A DNA stretch of 63,331 nt, the filler included, from Octopus bimaculoides (Eukaryota), in the NCBI RefSeq assembly GCF_001194135.2. It is 6 parts of 6 records of this genome, joined end to end, with 100 filler letters (N's around TTAATTAATTAA, not from the genome) between each part and the next. Parts side by side here need not be neighbours in the genome. Positions count along the whole stretch, not along the records: positions 9,150 to 34,362 come from NC_068991.1; 5 more parts are not named here. The stretch is one strand, 5' to 3'. The position numbers were made by a program, and so were the translations under genes. Under the pieces are notes generated by a model. The model was given only the letters and a program-made list of their open reading frames with translations. It was not told the DNA's origin and did not search any database. This document shows positions 11,522-24,777 of the stretch, one piece after another (position 1 is the first letter of the stretch; each line of letters begins with the position of its first letter).

Positions 11522-12767
11522 CTGTCTGTCTCTCTTTTTGTCTGTTTCTCTGTCTGTGTTTGTTTGTCTGTCTGTCTATCTGTTTGTCTGTCTGCCTGTC
11601 TTTTTGTCTGTCTATTTTTTCTGTTTGTCTATCTTTCTATCTATCTATCTATCTATCAATCTATCTATCATTATATCCATCTATCTAGCTATGCCCCTCT
11701 ATATATGTGATACTTATAGTTTCATGCTGAGACATGTAGCAATCAAACGGGAATGTATATCAAGGCAACACTTTACGTTCAAATGGCCCGAATAGTGCGT
11801 AAACAGTAAAAAAATAATGTGAATAAAAACCTTAGGAAGAAATCTTTAAGAGGAAAGGTGTTACAATGTAAGATCGCCTACCGATTCGTTAGCAACCAAT
11901 GTCTGCTTTGTACATGCATGCTTTGCGAAGGAATGTATAACCCGATGCGTTGTTCCTGAATTTAAGCGCGACGGATATTATTTAAGGAAGATCTCTCTTC
12001 TCGTTCTACATCGTTGAGTAAATTGCATACAAACTGTTTCGATGTCTTACAATGTTATTTATAAATATGCATCATTCGAAATCACTTATTATATCGCGTT
12101 TGCGTTAAGAAAAAATTTGTGCATTTGAGATATATGTACAAAGAGCCAGATATCTTCAATCTACCGATAACGTACGTGATTATAGGTGAATATATCGCAT
12201 GTTTTATTTCACACAAATATAATCACACGCAGAAAATGGCGGCGAAAAAGTGCCATTGAAATTGCATTAGCAACTCGCTTGTCTAATATTAGTGTGTAGC
12301 AATATCCATGGCTGATCAGACGTTTAATATTTCACTGACTGCAACAAAATTTTAAATGAATATTTCCAAATACTTGTTTATGTTTTAATATGTCACTTTA
12401 CTGAGTATCTACATATCTGTATATATACATATATGTATATATACATATATGTATATATACATATCTGTATATATACATATATGTATATATTGGCATAGAG
12501 CGCAATTGCCCAAGAACAGCGCTGTTGTTTCCAGGTTTTACACAGTTGCTTCACTGCATTTCCATGTTTCTGATATCCAATAGACAGCTCATGTGGAACA
12601 AATACTACAGGCTGCATTTTTTTTTATTGCAGTTCACCAACTATTTCCTTATTCCGCCGATGCGTTACGTTAAATTGTACATCGATGAAAGTGTTATGCA
12701 TACGATGATATATACACATACATATATGAGCATAAACACACACAAGAGTTAAAGAATCGAGTAGATA

Positions 12768-12974
12768 AGATCCGAGCTACATATGTTTCATAGCGAGCGG
12801 AACCTCGGTAGTGGAAAATACCCAAGCGCGGTGAATACCGCAGGCTAATCCTCAGGCAACTTTCATTTAATCAAGATAGACTTGGCCGTAGCAGTAGCAT
12901 ATAGTGTACACCTCGCTTGGATATTTACTACTTCCGAGGTTCTGCTCGCTATGAAGCATATGTATCTCGGATCC
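12768..12974. mobile_element. Hairpin MITE, about 70-bp arms, 65-bp spacer, probable TA target duplication
   Basis: 12763-12838 is the reverse complement of 12904-12979 with scattered mismatches; TA at 12766-12767 and 12975-12976. Confidence 0.8.
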
Positions 12975-13733
12975 TATCTGCTACATTCCCCGACACTTTC
13001 ATTCGTCGTCGTCGTCGTCGTCATTGTTGTTGCTACTGCTGCTTTTATTATGAACGACATTATTTATTTTCGTTCTTTTTCTTTTCTTATGATTATGGCT
13101 GTGATTTTCCTTATTATTTAACGTGTTTTCTATCGTCCATGTTTAGCCCCAGCTCACTCCACTTCAACAAGCCCATGATTAACACGTCCCCATCTGTTAG
13201 ATTTCATTTCTTCAAAATTTCCCCCGCAATAGTTTATCGGCGACTGCATTTACTAAAATGTGTTTCGGATAATATGATTGGATTGTTATTTATATCAAAC
13301 AGAGGGAACGAGCATTGGCTCACGCGTTGACTCGGCACGCATTGTTCGTGATAAATAGCCTCAGATCAAGTAGATTCAGAGGCATAGATTAATTCTGAGA
13401 TATAGCCTCTCATTAAATACACAAGCATAATATAGTTAACAACGTCACATTATGTGGTCCACTTGATATAAAACTTGGGAGCATACAGCATGTAAATACC
13501 ATGAACTAGCTTAGCAATTCTATTGAGAATTTCTGATGAAATGCAGAAATGAGAATTATTGTATTCATTCCTTTAGATAATAACAAGCAAATAAAGACCC
13601 GTGAAGCACACACACGCACAGCTACATAAGCTTGTGATACCAGGAAAGGACATATACAACTAAACACACCTAAAAATCACGTCACACACCACATGCTTTA
13701 GAAATATCGAACGGACAAATTCTATGAAGTAGT

Positions 13734-14166
13734 CCAGGCTTGGCTGTGTGGTAAGAAGTTTGGTTCCCAATCACATGGTTGTGGGTTCAGCTTCAGTGCG
13801 TGGCACCTTGGGTAGTGTCTTGGGTAGCCTCGCGCCGACTAAAGCCTTGTGAGTCGATTTGGTGAATGGAAATGGAAAGAAGCCCGTTGTATATATATAT
13901 GAGTGTATGTGTGTGCGTGTTTTTCGTGTGTGTTTGCCCCCACTCCCAAAGTACAGGCACCGCTTGGCAACCGGTGTTGCTGTATTCGCATCGCCGTAAC
14001 CTAGTAGTTCGGCAAGAGAAGCCGATATAATAAATACCAGGTTTATAAAAGCAAATATTGGGGTCGATTCGTTCGACTTAAAACAAAAAGAAAATTTGTT
14101 CAATACGGTGCTCCAGCAGGGCCACAGTCTAATGACTGAAACGAGGAAGAGAGAAAAGAGAAAATA
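13734..14166 (+). mobile_element. tRNA-derived SINE family D
   Basis: Complete head, microsatellite and 3' half architecture. Confidence 0.85.
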
Positions 14167-16228
14167 TACCCTGACAGAAACAAAAATAGGATTTTATGGT
14201 AAAGCATTGTTAATAATAGGAATGCTCGCTGTGAGCAGACCGGGGGTTAAACACTTAAGCATATAAACTACAGCTGCACAGCAAGGAAATGTAAAATAAC
14301 CCCGAAAATTACGCAGCACACTCCATGTTTGAAAAGTAAGGTCACATTGTATTATGTAGACCTAGATATTCTGTGCCTGAAACAAAATAGGATGTCATAG
14401 GTAGAATGACATTGATAATAAATATTCTCGATACGAGATGACCGGGGGTTAAACATAAACAATACCTTAAATGAACAACCGTTATGTTTCACGTGTATTT
14501 GCTTATCACGGATTTATATGTTTACAAGTTCGCATTGTTAAAATGATAACAGATAATTACTTGCACATATCTGTAGGGTGGAACCCTATGAAACATCAGA
14601 GTGCCGATAGCCGTGAAAGGTGAAACATATGAAGACACGACTGAGCATTATTAAAAAAAATATGGCTGCAGCAGAAATAAGGGTTTCTTTATCGATTGTC
14701 AATTTTCGCTAGAGTAAGGATCATACTTGTTGCCAGTGTGACTGTTGTACGGGACTGCGTGTAAGTTTTGTGTTTCCCAATCAGTGTCGCCTAAGAGCAT
14801 GTACAGATTCAATAAGACAATATAGATACGTCTAATATGTATGTATACACAAACGTATTATAAAGACTCATGCACATACATCTACACACGTACAAATATA
14901 TATACAAATCTATCTCTTTATGCCTCTCGCTCCCGTACACACAGACATACACGCAGACACACACACATTCTCACCGTATATATATATATATATATATATA
15001 TATATNNNNNNNNNNNNNNNNNNNNNNNNNNNNNNNNNNNNNNNNNNNNNNNNNNNNNNNNNNNNNNNNNNNNNNNNNNNNNNNNNNNNNNNNNNNNNNN
15101 NNNNNNNNNNNNNNNNNNNNNNNNNNNNNNNNNNNNNNNNNNNNNNNNNNNNNNNNNNNNNNNNNNNNNNNNNNNNNNNNNNNNNNNNNNNNNNNNNNNN
15201 NNNNNNNNNNNNNNNNNNNNNNNNNNNNNNNNNNNNNNNNNNNNNNNNNNNNNNNNNNNNNNNNNNNNNNNNNNNNNNNNNNNNNNNNNNNNNNNNNNNN
15301 NNNNNNNNNNNNNNNNNNNNNNNNNNNNNNNNNNNNNNNNNNNNNNNNNNNNNNNNNNNNNNNNNNNNNNNNNNNNTATATATATATACGTGAAGGCTTG
15401 CGGTGTAGGCGTGTTTGAACATATGTAAATGTGTGAGTTTGTTTATAAAAGTCTTCGTGTATATAAGCATAGTGTAGAAGTAAGCACTGAAGCAATACAA
15501 ATGTCTTGCTATGAACTTACCAAACGGGATTCTCTCTCGCTTTTTAAAACCTAACATGTAGTAATAGAATTGTGAAACAAAAATTAGCAACACTGATAAA
15601 CAGACACACGTCAATGCAATGCTCTGTGTAGGTGTTTGGCGACGTGTGTGTGGTGAGGGTGTATCAGCGCGTGAGTGTGAGGGTGAGAAAGGGAGACAGA
15701 CAGTGAAAGAGAGTAACGGAGAGTGAGAGTGCGAGCAAATGTTATGCCTGAGAACTTGTGTGTATAAAAACGTTTATATGTATATAATATATACATACGG
15801 GTATATTATGTACATACGTATGTAAATATATGTATATATATATATGTATATANNNNNNNNNNNNNNNNNNNNNNNNNNNNNNNNNNNNNNNNNNNNNNNN
15901 NNNNNNNNNNNNNNNNNNNNNNNNNNNNNNNNNNNNNNNNNNNNNNNNNNNNNNNNNNNNNNNNNNNNNNNNNNNNNNNNNNNNNNNNNNNNNNNNNNNN
16001 NNNNNNNNNNNNNNNNNNNNNNNNNNNNNNNNNNNNNNNNNNNNNNNNNNNNNNNNNNNNNNNNNNNNNNNNNNNNNNNNNNNNNNNNNNNNNNNNNNNN
16101 NNNNNNNNNNNNNNNNNNNNNNNNNNNNNNNNNNNNNNNNNNNNNNNNNNNNNNNNNNNNNNNNNNNNNNNNNNNNNNNNNNNNNNNNNNNNNNNNNNNN
16201 NNNNNNNNNNNNNNNNNNNNNNNNNNNN

Positions 16229-16259
<31 letters not shown>

Positions 16260-16648
16260 GTATGTATACATATATTTAATGGCGTATTGTATATATCTAT
16301 ATTTTCATCATGGTGTATATTAGAAATACGTGCGTATGAATACGTATCGCACTTCAATAGCTATAAACCGGAGAAACTATTCGAAAATATTCACAACGAA
16401 ACCGCCATTTTTCTTCAAACAATATCCTTGTATATCAGGTTATGTGATCCATGAACCGTGAAAATATTTCACAATCGTGGAAGAGAGCATCATCCCTCAT
16501 CGACTATTCTTTGAACAGCGATCATGGAACGGAAGCTAACATCAGGCACGGAATCTTTTGTTCTTCAACTTATGAGAAAATTATTTCGAAATTGTTTTGT
16601 TTATATATTTCTTTAAATCTAGAAGACCTCATTTATATCTATCTATCG

Positions 16649-16702
<54 letters not shown>

Positions 16703-16783
16703 CGATTGATTGATCGATCTACCAACCTATACATATAGGTACCTGTCTGTCTGTCTGTCTCTACCTATTTTCCTCTCTCTCTG

Positions 16784-16838
<55 letters not shown>

Positions 16839-17809
16839 AAACATCTAAGTGCTTATCTATCTATATCCCTCAATATAGTTCTTATTTCTCAAATTCATTT
16901 ACACGCTCATACGCACACAAACTCGCTCATACACACACAACACACACGTGCGCGCACCCATACGCACGCGCGCACACGAAATCTCGCGCGAACAAACGCA
17001 CGCTATCAGACACAATCTTTTAATGTGTGTCACTCCTCACGCTGCAGTCCTTCTCGGGTAGTCATCTCAGGGTTCTTCAGCCGGTCATATAAATTTCAGT
17101 ACTTATTTCCGTCTGGTATTTATTTTATTGATCTCTCTTCTATCAAATACCTGAGGTACCTTTATGGCAAAAACGCTGGGTTTCTTTTTTTATTTATTCT
17201 TTCTGTCTCTTCTGGCGTTGGAATTCTCTCAAATATACAAAGAAAAACAGAAAACACACTCACTCACCCATACACGCACACACACATTCAAATCCTCTCG
17301 CACTTACACATGAAAACACAGATTCTGAAGCTCACATACAAATATGATAAAATGCTTTGAAATAAATAGTTAAAAACAAATATACATTGAACGGAAAATT
17401 CAATAAACGTGCTAGGTCAAATGTTTTTTTTTATAAGATTTTTCACAACGACTTAACGTCTTCAAAGCGGTGCCCCAGCATGGTAGCTGCCAGATTGCAA
17501 AAACAAGTAAAGATGAAAGATAAAGACAAAAACAAGCTATTTCTAAATTTTGCAGTACAATGTAGATTAAAGGGAAAAAATTAGGCTTATATTTACTGAT
17601 CGAAACGACCGTAAGTTTGGATGAAGTTGGCCAAAATAGACATGGTTCTAATGCGAGCGGACAAGGATATATTTCAATAAATTACAGTGAAGATAAAAGA
17701 AAAAAAAAACGAACGAGTAGATTTTATGAATATGTAACTATAACACATTTATCTATTAAGGCTACTATTGATTTCATGTTAAAACATTAAGATTAATACG
17801 TATGCATGT

Positions 17810-18007
17810 TGTTGGCACTCCATCGCTTACGACGTCGAGGGTTCCAGTTGATCCGATCAACGTAACAGCCTGCTGGTGCAATTAAGGTGCAAGTGGCTGA
17901 GCATTCCACAGACACGTGTACCCTTAACGTAGTTGTCGGGGATATTCCGCGTGACACAGTGTGACAAGGCTGGGCCTTTGAAATACAGGTACGGCAGGAA
18001 GAAAGAG
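17810..18007 (-). mobile_element. SINE 3' tail (family C, RTE-like tail)
   Basis: Reverse complement of TACGTTAAGGGTACACGTGTCTGTGG...GGAACCCTCGACGTCGTAAGCGATGGAGTGCCAAC, shared with 52818-53567. Confidence 0.85.
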
Positions 18008-19742
18008 TTAGATATTTAACCCCTATCTGCCGAACCATTTATCAATATTCGTTATGCATACGTATATGTTGTACTTGAGCAAGGAGAATATGTGCTTAAT
18101 ATTTCTGACTGTTTTATGTGCATTATGAATATATTTTCGAATCACCTGATACGAAGAGAGGCTTAATATTCGATATTGCATCTAAATTGCCTTATGATTG
18201 ATAGCAACCTACTCATAATATGAGTATTTCTAGCTTTCCCTTCAGGAGAAATACGCCTGGTTTGACTTTTAACAGTGAATACATAACTTTTTTCTTCGTA
18301 GATTTATTGCATACAAACAAAAAGCAACGGATATCGTTTACTTTTTATTTTTTAAATAAATCTTAGCTATTACACATTATATATGTATGTGAGAAAGCGA
18401 GAGACAGAAAGACAGTGAGAGTGAGAGAAAGAAATTGTTACATTAGATGTAGTGAGGTAGAGTAACAGAAATAGAGAGAGAGAGAGAATGTATCTATGAT
18501 TATGTGCAAGAGAAAAATGCACGTGTATTCTGCCTTGCCGAAATTAATTGCTACGTTTTAATGATTTCTTAATATTGAGTATGATTTATACAATGTATTA
18601 TTTATGTATGTAAAAAAAAAGTCTGTACAAAGATGGACAGAAAATTTATTAGATAATTATAAATTTTATTTTGATATGTATATGAATTATTGAAAATGGT
18701 TTCGAATTTTATTATCATAATGAAGTTAAAAAATAGGGAAGAAAGCCGTTTTACGTGAACGTGAGTCGGTTTTCGTAGTAATTATTTCATTCTATATTTA
18801 TGAGCCATAATGTATTTGATTAAATAATTTAAATATATAAATTTTTTTACCTTAAACAAGCTACAGAATGGTTGGAATTGATTGCGATATCAAGAATTTA
18901 TTTAAAATGCCATATTTTTAAAATTGAACAAAAATAAAAAAGGGCTCAAAACGAGGGAAATTTTTATACACATGAATATCTATCTACACTCATCATGATG
19001 AAATTAAAAGACAAATTGAGAAGAAAACTGTTTTAAGTGAACGTGAGTAGGCTTTCATGGTAATCATTTCACTCTATATTTATGAGGAATGGTTATGGGC
19101 ATTTCTCGTAGAGAGACTCTCACTAGGAAGTGATTCTAATACGGTGAACAATGGTTAAGGGCATTTCTCATAGAAGCATGCCCTTATCTATTGTTGATAG
19201 CTTTTTTACAGGACACATGTAAACTGCAGAGACATTGTCCTCGATTTACACTCTAAAATAAATAAATAAGTAGATTCAGGAGACTAACACAAGAAGATGA
19301 TTGAAATTTAAATATATTTATTGCCTATGAACTCTATCAGGTTTTTCATTATTTTAGAATATTGTGTGGAATAGTTGATTCCATAATATGAGCGTCTTGA
19401 TGCGGCAGACGAATCTCATTAGCTCTATATACACTTATCTTTAAAGAAGAAGAAACGTGAAGCATTGTACAATGTTGATCGCCATATACGCTGCTGCATA
19501 AAATATGGTCACAGATGAGTATGATGATGGCTTAACTGGCCTAAACTTCGAAGTCACTGCCAACATCATTCTTGTTGAAGAATATTAAATTTGTACTTTA
19601 CGAAAATATCGACTGGCGTATCAGATTAATATAAATTTTTTTTTTTTTTTTAATTATATCTGAACATTAAGGCGGTAACCATGATATATATGTATATATA
19701 CATGTATATCATGAATGTTGTTTTTTTATGTTCAGATATGAT

Positions 19743-19918
19743 GATTTCAAATATTGACACAAGGCCAGTAATTCCGGAGATGGGGAGAACATCGAGTACA
19801 TCAACTCCAGTGTTCCACTAGTACCTATTTTATCGATCCCGAAAAGATGAAATGCAAATTCGACCTCGGTGGAATTTTAACTAAAAACATTTTGCCCGGA
19901 GTGCTAACGATTCCACCT
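19743..19918 (-). mobile_element. CORE-type tRNA-derived SINE (family A)
   Basis: Reverse complement of ...TTCCACCGAGGTCGAATTTGCATTTCATC...GATAAAATAGGTACTAG core. Confidence 0.75.
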
Positions 19919-20508
19919 GGTCAAGCGTTTCAAGTAGGGCTTTGGTTGTGGTCCGGCGATTGTTGTTGACCTCTCAGCAGGTTTTCCTGGCAAATTTGGG
20001 AGACACCTTACGCTTCCTACCACGACCACTGCGGTTTTTATCAGTGTTGAACATCTTGAGCTTGTTGATTATGCTCTGGATGGTTACCACAAGGACATCA
20101 TGCTTCTTTGAATTGGTCTTGTAAACATTTATTTCACTGTGGACTCGCACAAAACGTAGTCGTAGGTCCTCAATGAGCTCCGTCTTTGTGACCATGATGA
20201 TCCAGAACACTTTTCCTTTATTTATACTCTATTCATACTCTATTTATACTCTTCTGGAAATAACTATAGGACAAATATTAGCATATTGACAGGAAGTGAA
20301 AACAGGAGTATGAATAATTCTGAACATGTGCGACAAAGAACTTTAGGCCATATCTATTGTTATGCAAATGAAGTTTAGACAACTCGTGTGTTGATTTTTG
20401 CATAGACAAAAGATACACAGGAAGTACCAACATAATAGCTTTTACAAGTGAAGAATCTAAAAAAGAATGTTAGTTTCAGTGGGGTATGAATAATTTTCAG
20501 GACGACTG
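19915..20508 (-). mobile_element. 5' part of an IR/DR-type Tc1 transposon (left TIR plus transposase N-terminus)
   Basis: Terminus CAGTCGTCCTGAAAATTATTCATACCCC after TA (20509-20510); inner direct repeat 20305-20328; ORF from 20195 MVTKTELIEDLRLRFV...RSGRGRKRKVSPK...NNNRRTTTKALL (paired-like HTH and GRxR linker). Confidence 0.85.
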
Positions 20509-22284
20509 TATATTTGCATTAAATGTCCTTTTATAAATGTGTCACGATGGAATTGTTTAGTTTAAAGTCTCATTATCAAATAGGAATATCTTGCGAAATC
20601 GGTGAACTAGAATGAATATTCCGTGCCACTTTAAGTATTCCTTTTTCTATATAATTGTCTTTATTTGTGTATAATGTTTATACTTGAAGACTCGTTTGTA
20701 CATGATTGTAACGTAATATTGAAAATAAATCTGTTGTCAAACCAGTGATAAGTAATGTATACGCATTTGCGTGTGAGTAAATTCGCGTTTAATTGTCTAT
20801 GCATTTGTATATATGCTTATGTGCGCTCCCTTCCGCGTGTATGCGTGAGTATAATATAGCTGTATGTTTAAAATCTATTCTTGTTTTGAGGGACTGATCC
20901 ACAGAATAAAACAAAATGGAAGAAATAATAGCAAAATAAAGTAAATGAATAAATGTATAAATATAGGAAAAGTCACGAATAATTTTGTGATGTTTCTGAC
21001 ATTTGAACTGTTATAGATTTAAGATCAAATACGGTTTCTTTAAAATTCCCTCAGACGTAAATAGTTCAATAGATGAAATTATCTTTGCAAACTCTTTCGT
21101 TTGCTTATTTTTTCGTTGTCTGTGAAGAAGTGATGTGAGTCTATCGTTTGCTGCGTCTTAAGTTTGGTCGTTGAAGTTTTGCTTTTTCTGAGTCATATTA
21201 TCTTATTTTCGTTTAGTGTAAATTATACCGAAATATTGAAGAATGAGCAGAGTTTTCTTTCCTTTGTTACTTTTAGCCCTCGATCTGTTGTCAGTTCCAC
21301 GAACTATGATCAAAGCTGTTATCTCTATGACCATCCTAGTATTTCAAGGTATGAAGGGCCTCAAAACTTGTCTTTTCATTTCTTTCTTTACGCAAATTCA
21401 GTGTGATCGGAGGAAAATTTTGCTGCAAATTTTAGTAACTCATATAAAGATACTAGTGTTTCTCGTCTGATTGTGTCCTCGTAAACATTATTGTATAGAA
21501 TGAAAATAAAGAAGAAAAAAAAAAAACAAGGAACGGTAATTATGAAATTGAAATTATTCAAACAGTAACAGAATACAATTCATTAATCTGGAAGACTATA
21601 CAAAGTATTATACATTTAAGTAAAAGAGGATGTCTATCAGATTCCATATCTCCATTGAACAAAAAGGGTTTTTTTTTTCTACGATATCAAACTTAAACGT
21701 TTGAAGAGAGCATCGATCTAAACAACGTTGGAAGTCCTGCCACAACATATTGTAGTTTAAAGTAATACAGAATATCTGCAACCGACTAAAATCTCCAGCG
21801 ACATTCGATGGGCATTCCTTCTCGTATCATGGTCAAAAAGCTTTTAGCTTCAGGTGAGATAATACCCTGTTTTCTTTTGACCAATCAATGTTTCTGACAA
21901 GAGACATGTTATATCAAACGCATTTTGTTGTGCATTATTTATTAGAAACAGTTTCACTACATGCACTATTTCGTAAACCACAGAGCCCATTACAGGGGCG
22001 TTTTGAGTTGATATAAAGTATGCATGGCAATACTTTCAAATTTCACTTTACCTAGAAGATTAAATTCTTTTCCTTGAGTGAAACTAAGTAGGTGAGAAAA
22101 GACACAGATCTCCAACCCACTTTTACACATATTCAGATTAACATTCTGGTATAAGGAATTTGATTTCATTTCACAGTAAGTCTAGAAGTATTACCTTTAT
22201 ATATATATAAAAAAAAAAACAATGGTTTGTCTTACATTTCATTCGTAAGTCGTATAATGATTCTTATTTCAAAGTGTTCAACTG

Positions 22285-22592
22285 TGGGTCGTCCCATAAA
22301 TAATGTGGTTTTTTATACTTTTTTTATCTTCCAAAATTAAGATAAACAAAGTTCTTTTTTTATCTAAAATATACACACTTTCATTTTCTACAATGCCCTT
22401 CCATGTTTCTGATAGACTTGCAATGTTACACTTCTAAAATTCCCTTGTCCGTGACGAAAAATATTCTCCAGTACTGTTCTGACCTCATCTGCAGAATTCA
22501 TGCTCTTTCCATCCAAATGATTTTGAGGACTGCAGAATAAATGAGAATCAGATGGGACAATATCCGGTGAATATGGTGGGGGGAGGGCATCG
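22285..22592 (-). mobile_element. mariner (DD34D-type) 3' fragment with terminal repeat
   Basis: Minus strand PPYSPDIVPSDSHLFCSPQNHLDGKSMNSADEVRTVLE; TIR-like GGGTCGTCCCATAAATAATG at 22286-22305. Confidence 0.8.
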
Positions 22593-23419
22593 CTAATGTT
22601 ATTATTGCTGTTGTTGTTACTTCCACGTCATACCCTCATAGATCTCATATATAATGACATCTTTTCAGCCGTAATCATTGACAATTTTCTTAGGAATACA
22701 GCATATTTTATTTCTTATGATGAGTGTCCCCACTTTGGCTTTGTTATGAGGTGTGAGATATCCTCGTAGACGAGATAGTCTGAAATCTGAAGGTGAGTTT
22801 TACTAGGAAGTAAGTAGTCGATTTGAAACATAACGTCTGATTCACTGGTTGGTATCTTCGCGCTTTATTTAAGCTTATACAGTGATTTGCGGAATAATTG
22901 GCTGCGATTTTTAGTTGTCATGTGACCACAGAAACTACTGTTTTTTGACTCGTTATTGTAGTTTCTTATTCTTACAACCAGCAAGAACTTTACAGTTGTA
23001 TTTGTTTCCTAACATTCTTGATGTATTTGTTTTGAGTTAAATAAAAATTAAAAATGGTAGAACAATACAAAACCAATAAACAATTATTCTATTTCAATCT
23101 GTTCTCGCATGGCTGCACATGCGGTTTTCTTCTCTTCTTTGCCAGTTCTTAGCTTCAACTTTGGTACTTTGTCAAAGAACGTCATATTTCTTTTTGTCAG
23201 GGTTTAAATTGAGACAAACAAGGTGATAGATTGGCAGTTGAGGGTTAGTCCAGGACCACGAAATATCGGTTGAGAAGAAGGAATGATTGATTTTAGAGTT
23301 GGCTGATTTTGTCGTTCTTTTGGATAATTTTTTTGTCTTTTTACTTTATTCTGTTCCAAGATAACAAACCATTATCTTCCTCCTTCTCTTCGCAGTCGTA
23401 ATCCTCATATCCACCAGAC

Positions 23420-23669
23420 TATCACCATCACCGACATCACTACGACGACGACGACGACGACGATGACAACGGCGGTGACGACAACCACCACCGCCGCCAA
23501 CACCGCCAACACCACCAGCACCACCTACACCTCCACCATCACTAGCACCCTCACCGGCATCACCACTGTCATCATTGCCACTCTCATCATCTTCATAATC
23601 TTTGTCGTCATCATCATAATCATCACCATCGTTGTCGTTCTCGTNNNNNNNNNNACCACCATCGCCATC

Positions 23670-23724
<55 letters not shown>

Positions 23725-23735
23725 ATCATCATCAC

Positions 23736-23797
<62 letters not shown>

Positions 23798-23800
23798 GCT
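23420..23800. repeat. Compound trinucleotide block (ACG/ACC/ATC)n
   Basis: Directly visible. Confidence 0.9.
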
Positions 23801-24174
23801 TCCTCATTTTCTTCGTCGTACTTGTAACATTCGTCATCATTATCTTTATCGCCGTCGTTGCTATCTCCAGAGACGACAGAATCCTCGTATTGTAATCAGT
23901 ATTGCTCTTTTCATTATGCTCACCGTTTATACAATGAACAACTGCAACACAATAATAACATCATCATGCACTCATCATCTTGATCATCATTGTCGTCATC
24001 GCCTTCATTGTCATCGCCATCGTAGTGGCTATCACGTTCCTCATCAAAATAACAAACATAACGTCACCCTGAAGGGAATAATACTACTGTTGGTTCCTGT
24101 CGGCCTTGACACATTTTCTTTGTCCGTATGTTAACAAGGGGGAGACAAGCACCTCCACTTAACTAAGCCTGCAT

Positions 24175-24215
24175 CCAGAGACATGTTTCTGAGTCTTTGC
24201 TCGTCATCAGTCTGA
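24175..24215 (-). ncRNA. Minimal type I hammerhead fold (third family), GUC cleavage triplet
   Basis: Minus strand TCAGA-CTGATGA-CGAG caaaga CTCA-GAAA-CATG-TC-TCTGG. Confidence 0.65.
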
Positions 24216-24725
24216 AATAGCATTACCTGCTAGTCGAAGATGCCTGTCAAGCTCTTCTAAACATATAATAATTCTAGTGAAATATATTCACTGATTTCAA
24301 ATTTAGAAACATTACATTTCTAAATATCTTAGAGAGATTTATGCAGTAGTGATACGATGAAGTAGTTGTATGCATCTGTATATTGGCGCCCACGCGCACG
24401 TCTGCACGCACGCACACACACTTGGACGAACACGCACGCGCACATAAACACAGGCATATGCATGCATGCACACAAGCATACACACAATACATACACACAT
24501 ATATATCATATATGTATATATTCACACACACATGTACGTATTTGTGTTACGCCTCAATATAAACGTCTGTTATGTATGTATGTATGTATGTATATATATG
24601 TATGTATGTATGTATATATATGTATATATATATATATTCATTTTCACATTTTAATGGCATACATATACTTAATACACATACCCATGTATGTACACTTGTG
24701 AGATGTTCTGTGTGTGTATCTGTGC

Positions 24726-24777
<52 letters not shown>

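Noticed and set aside
12233-12245. YY1-like AAAATGGCGGC motifs (also near 5399 and reverse near 16401)
   Set aside because: Short motifs with no supported gene or promoter context.
14560-14610. TAGGG-TGGAA-CCCTA-T-GAAAC, hammerhead-like helix II
   Set aside because: The CUGANGA core is missing and would need a deletion to restore it.
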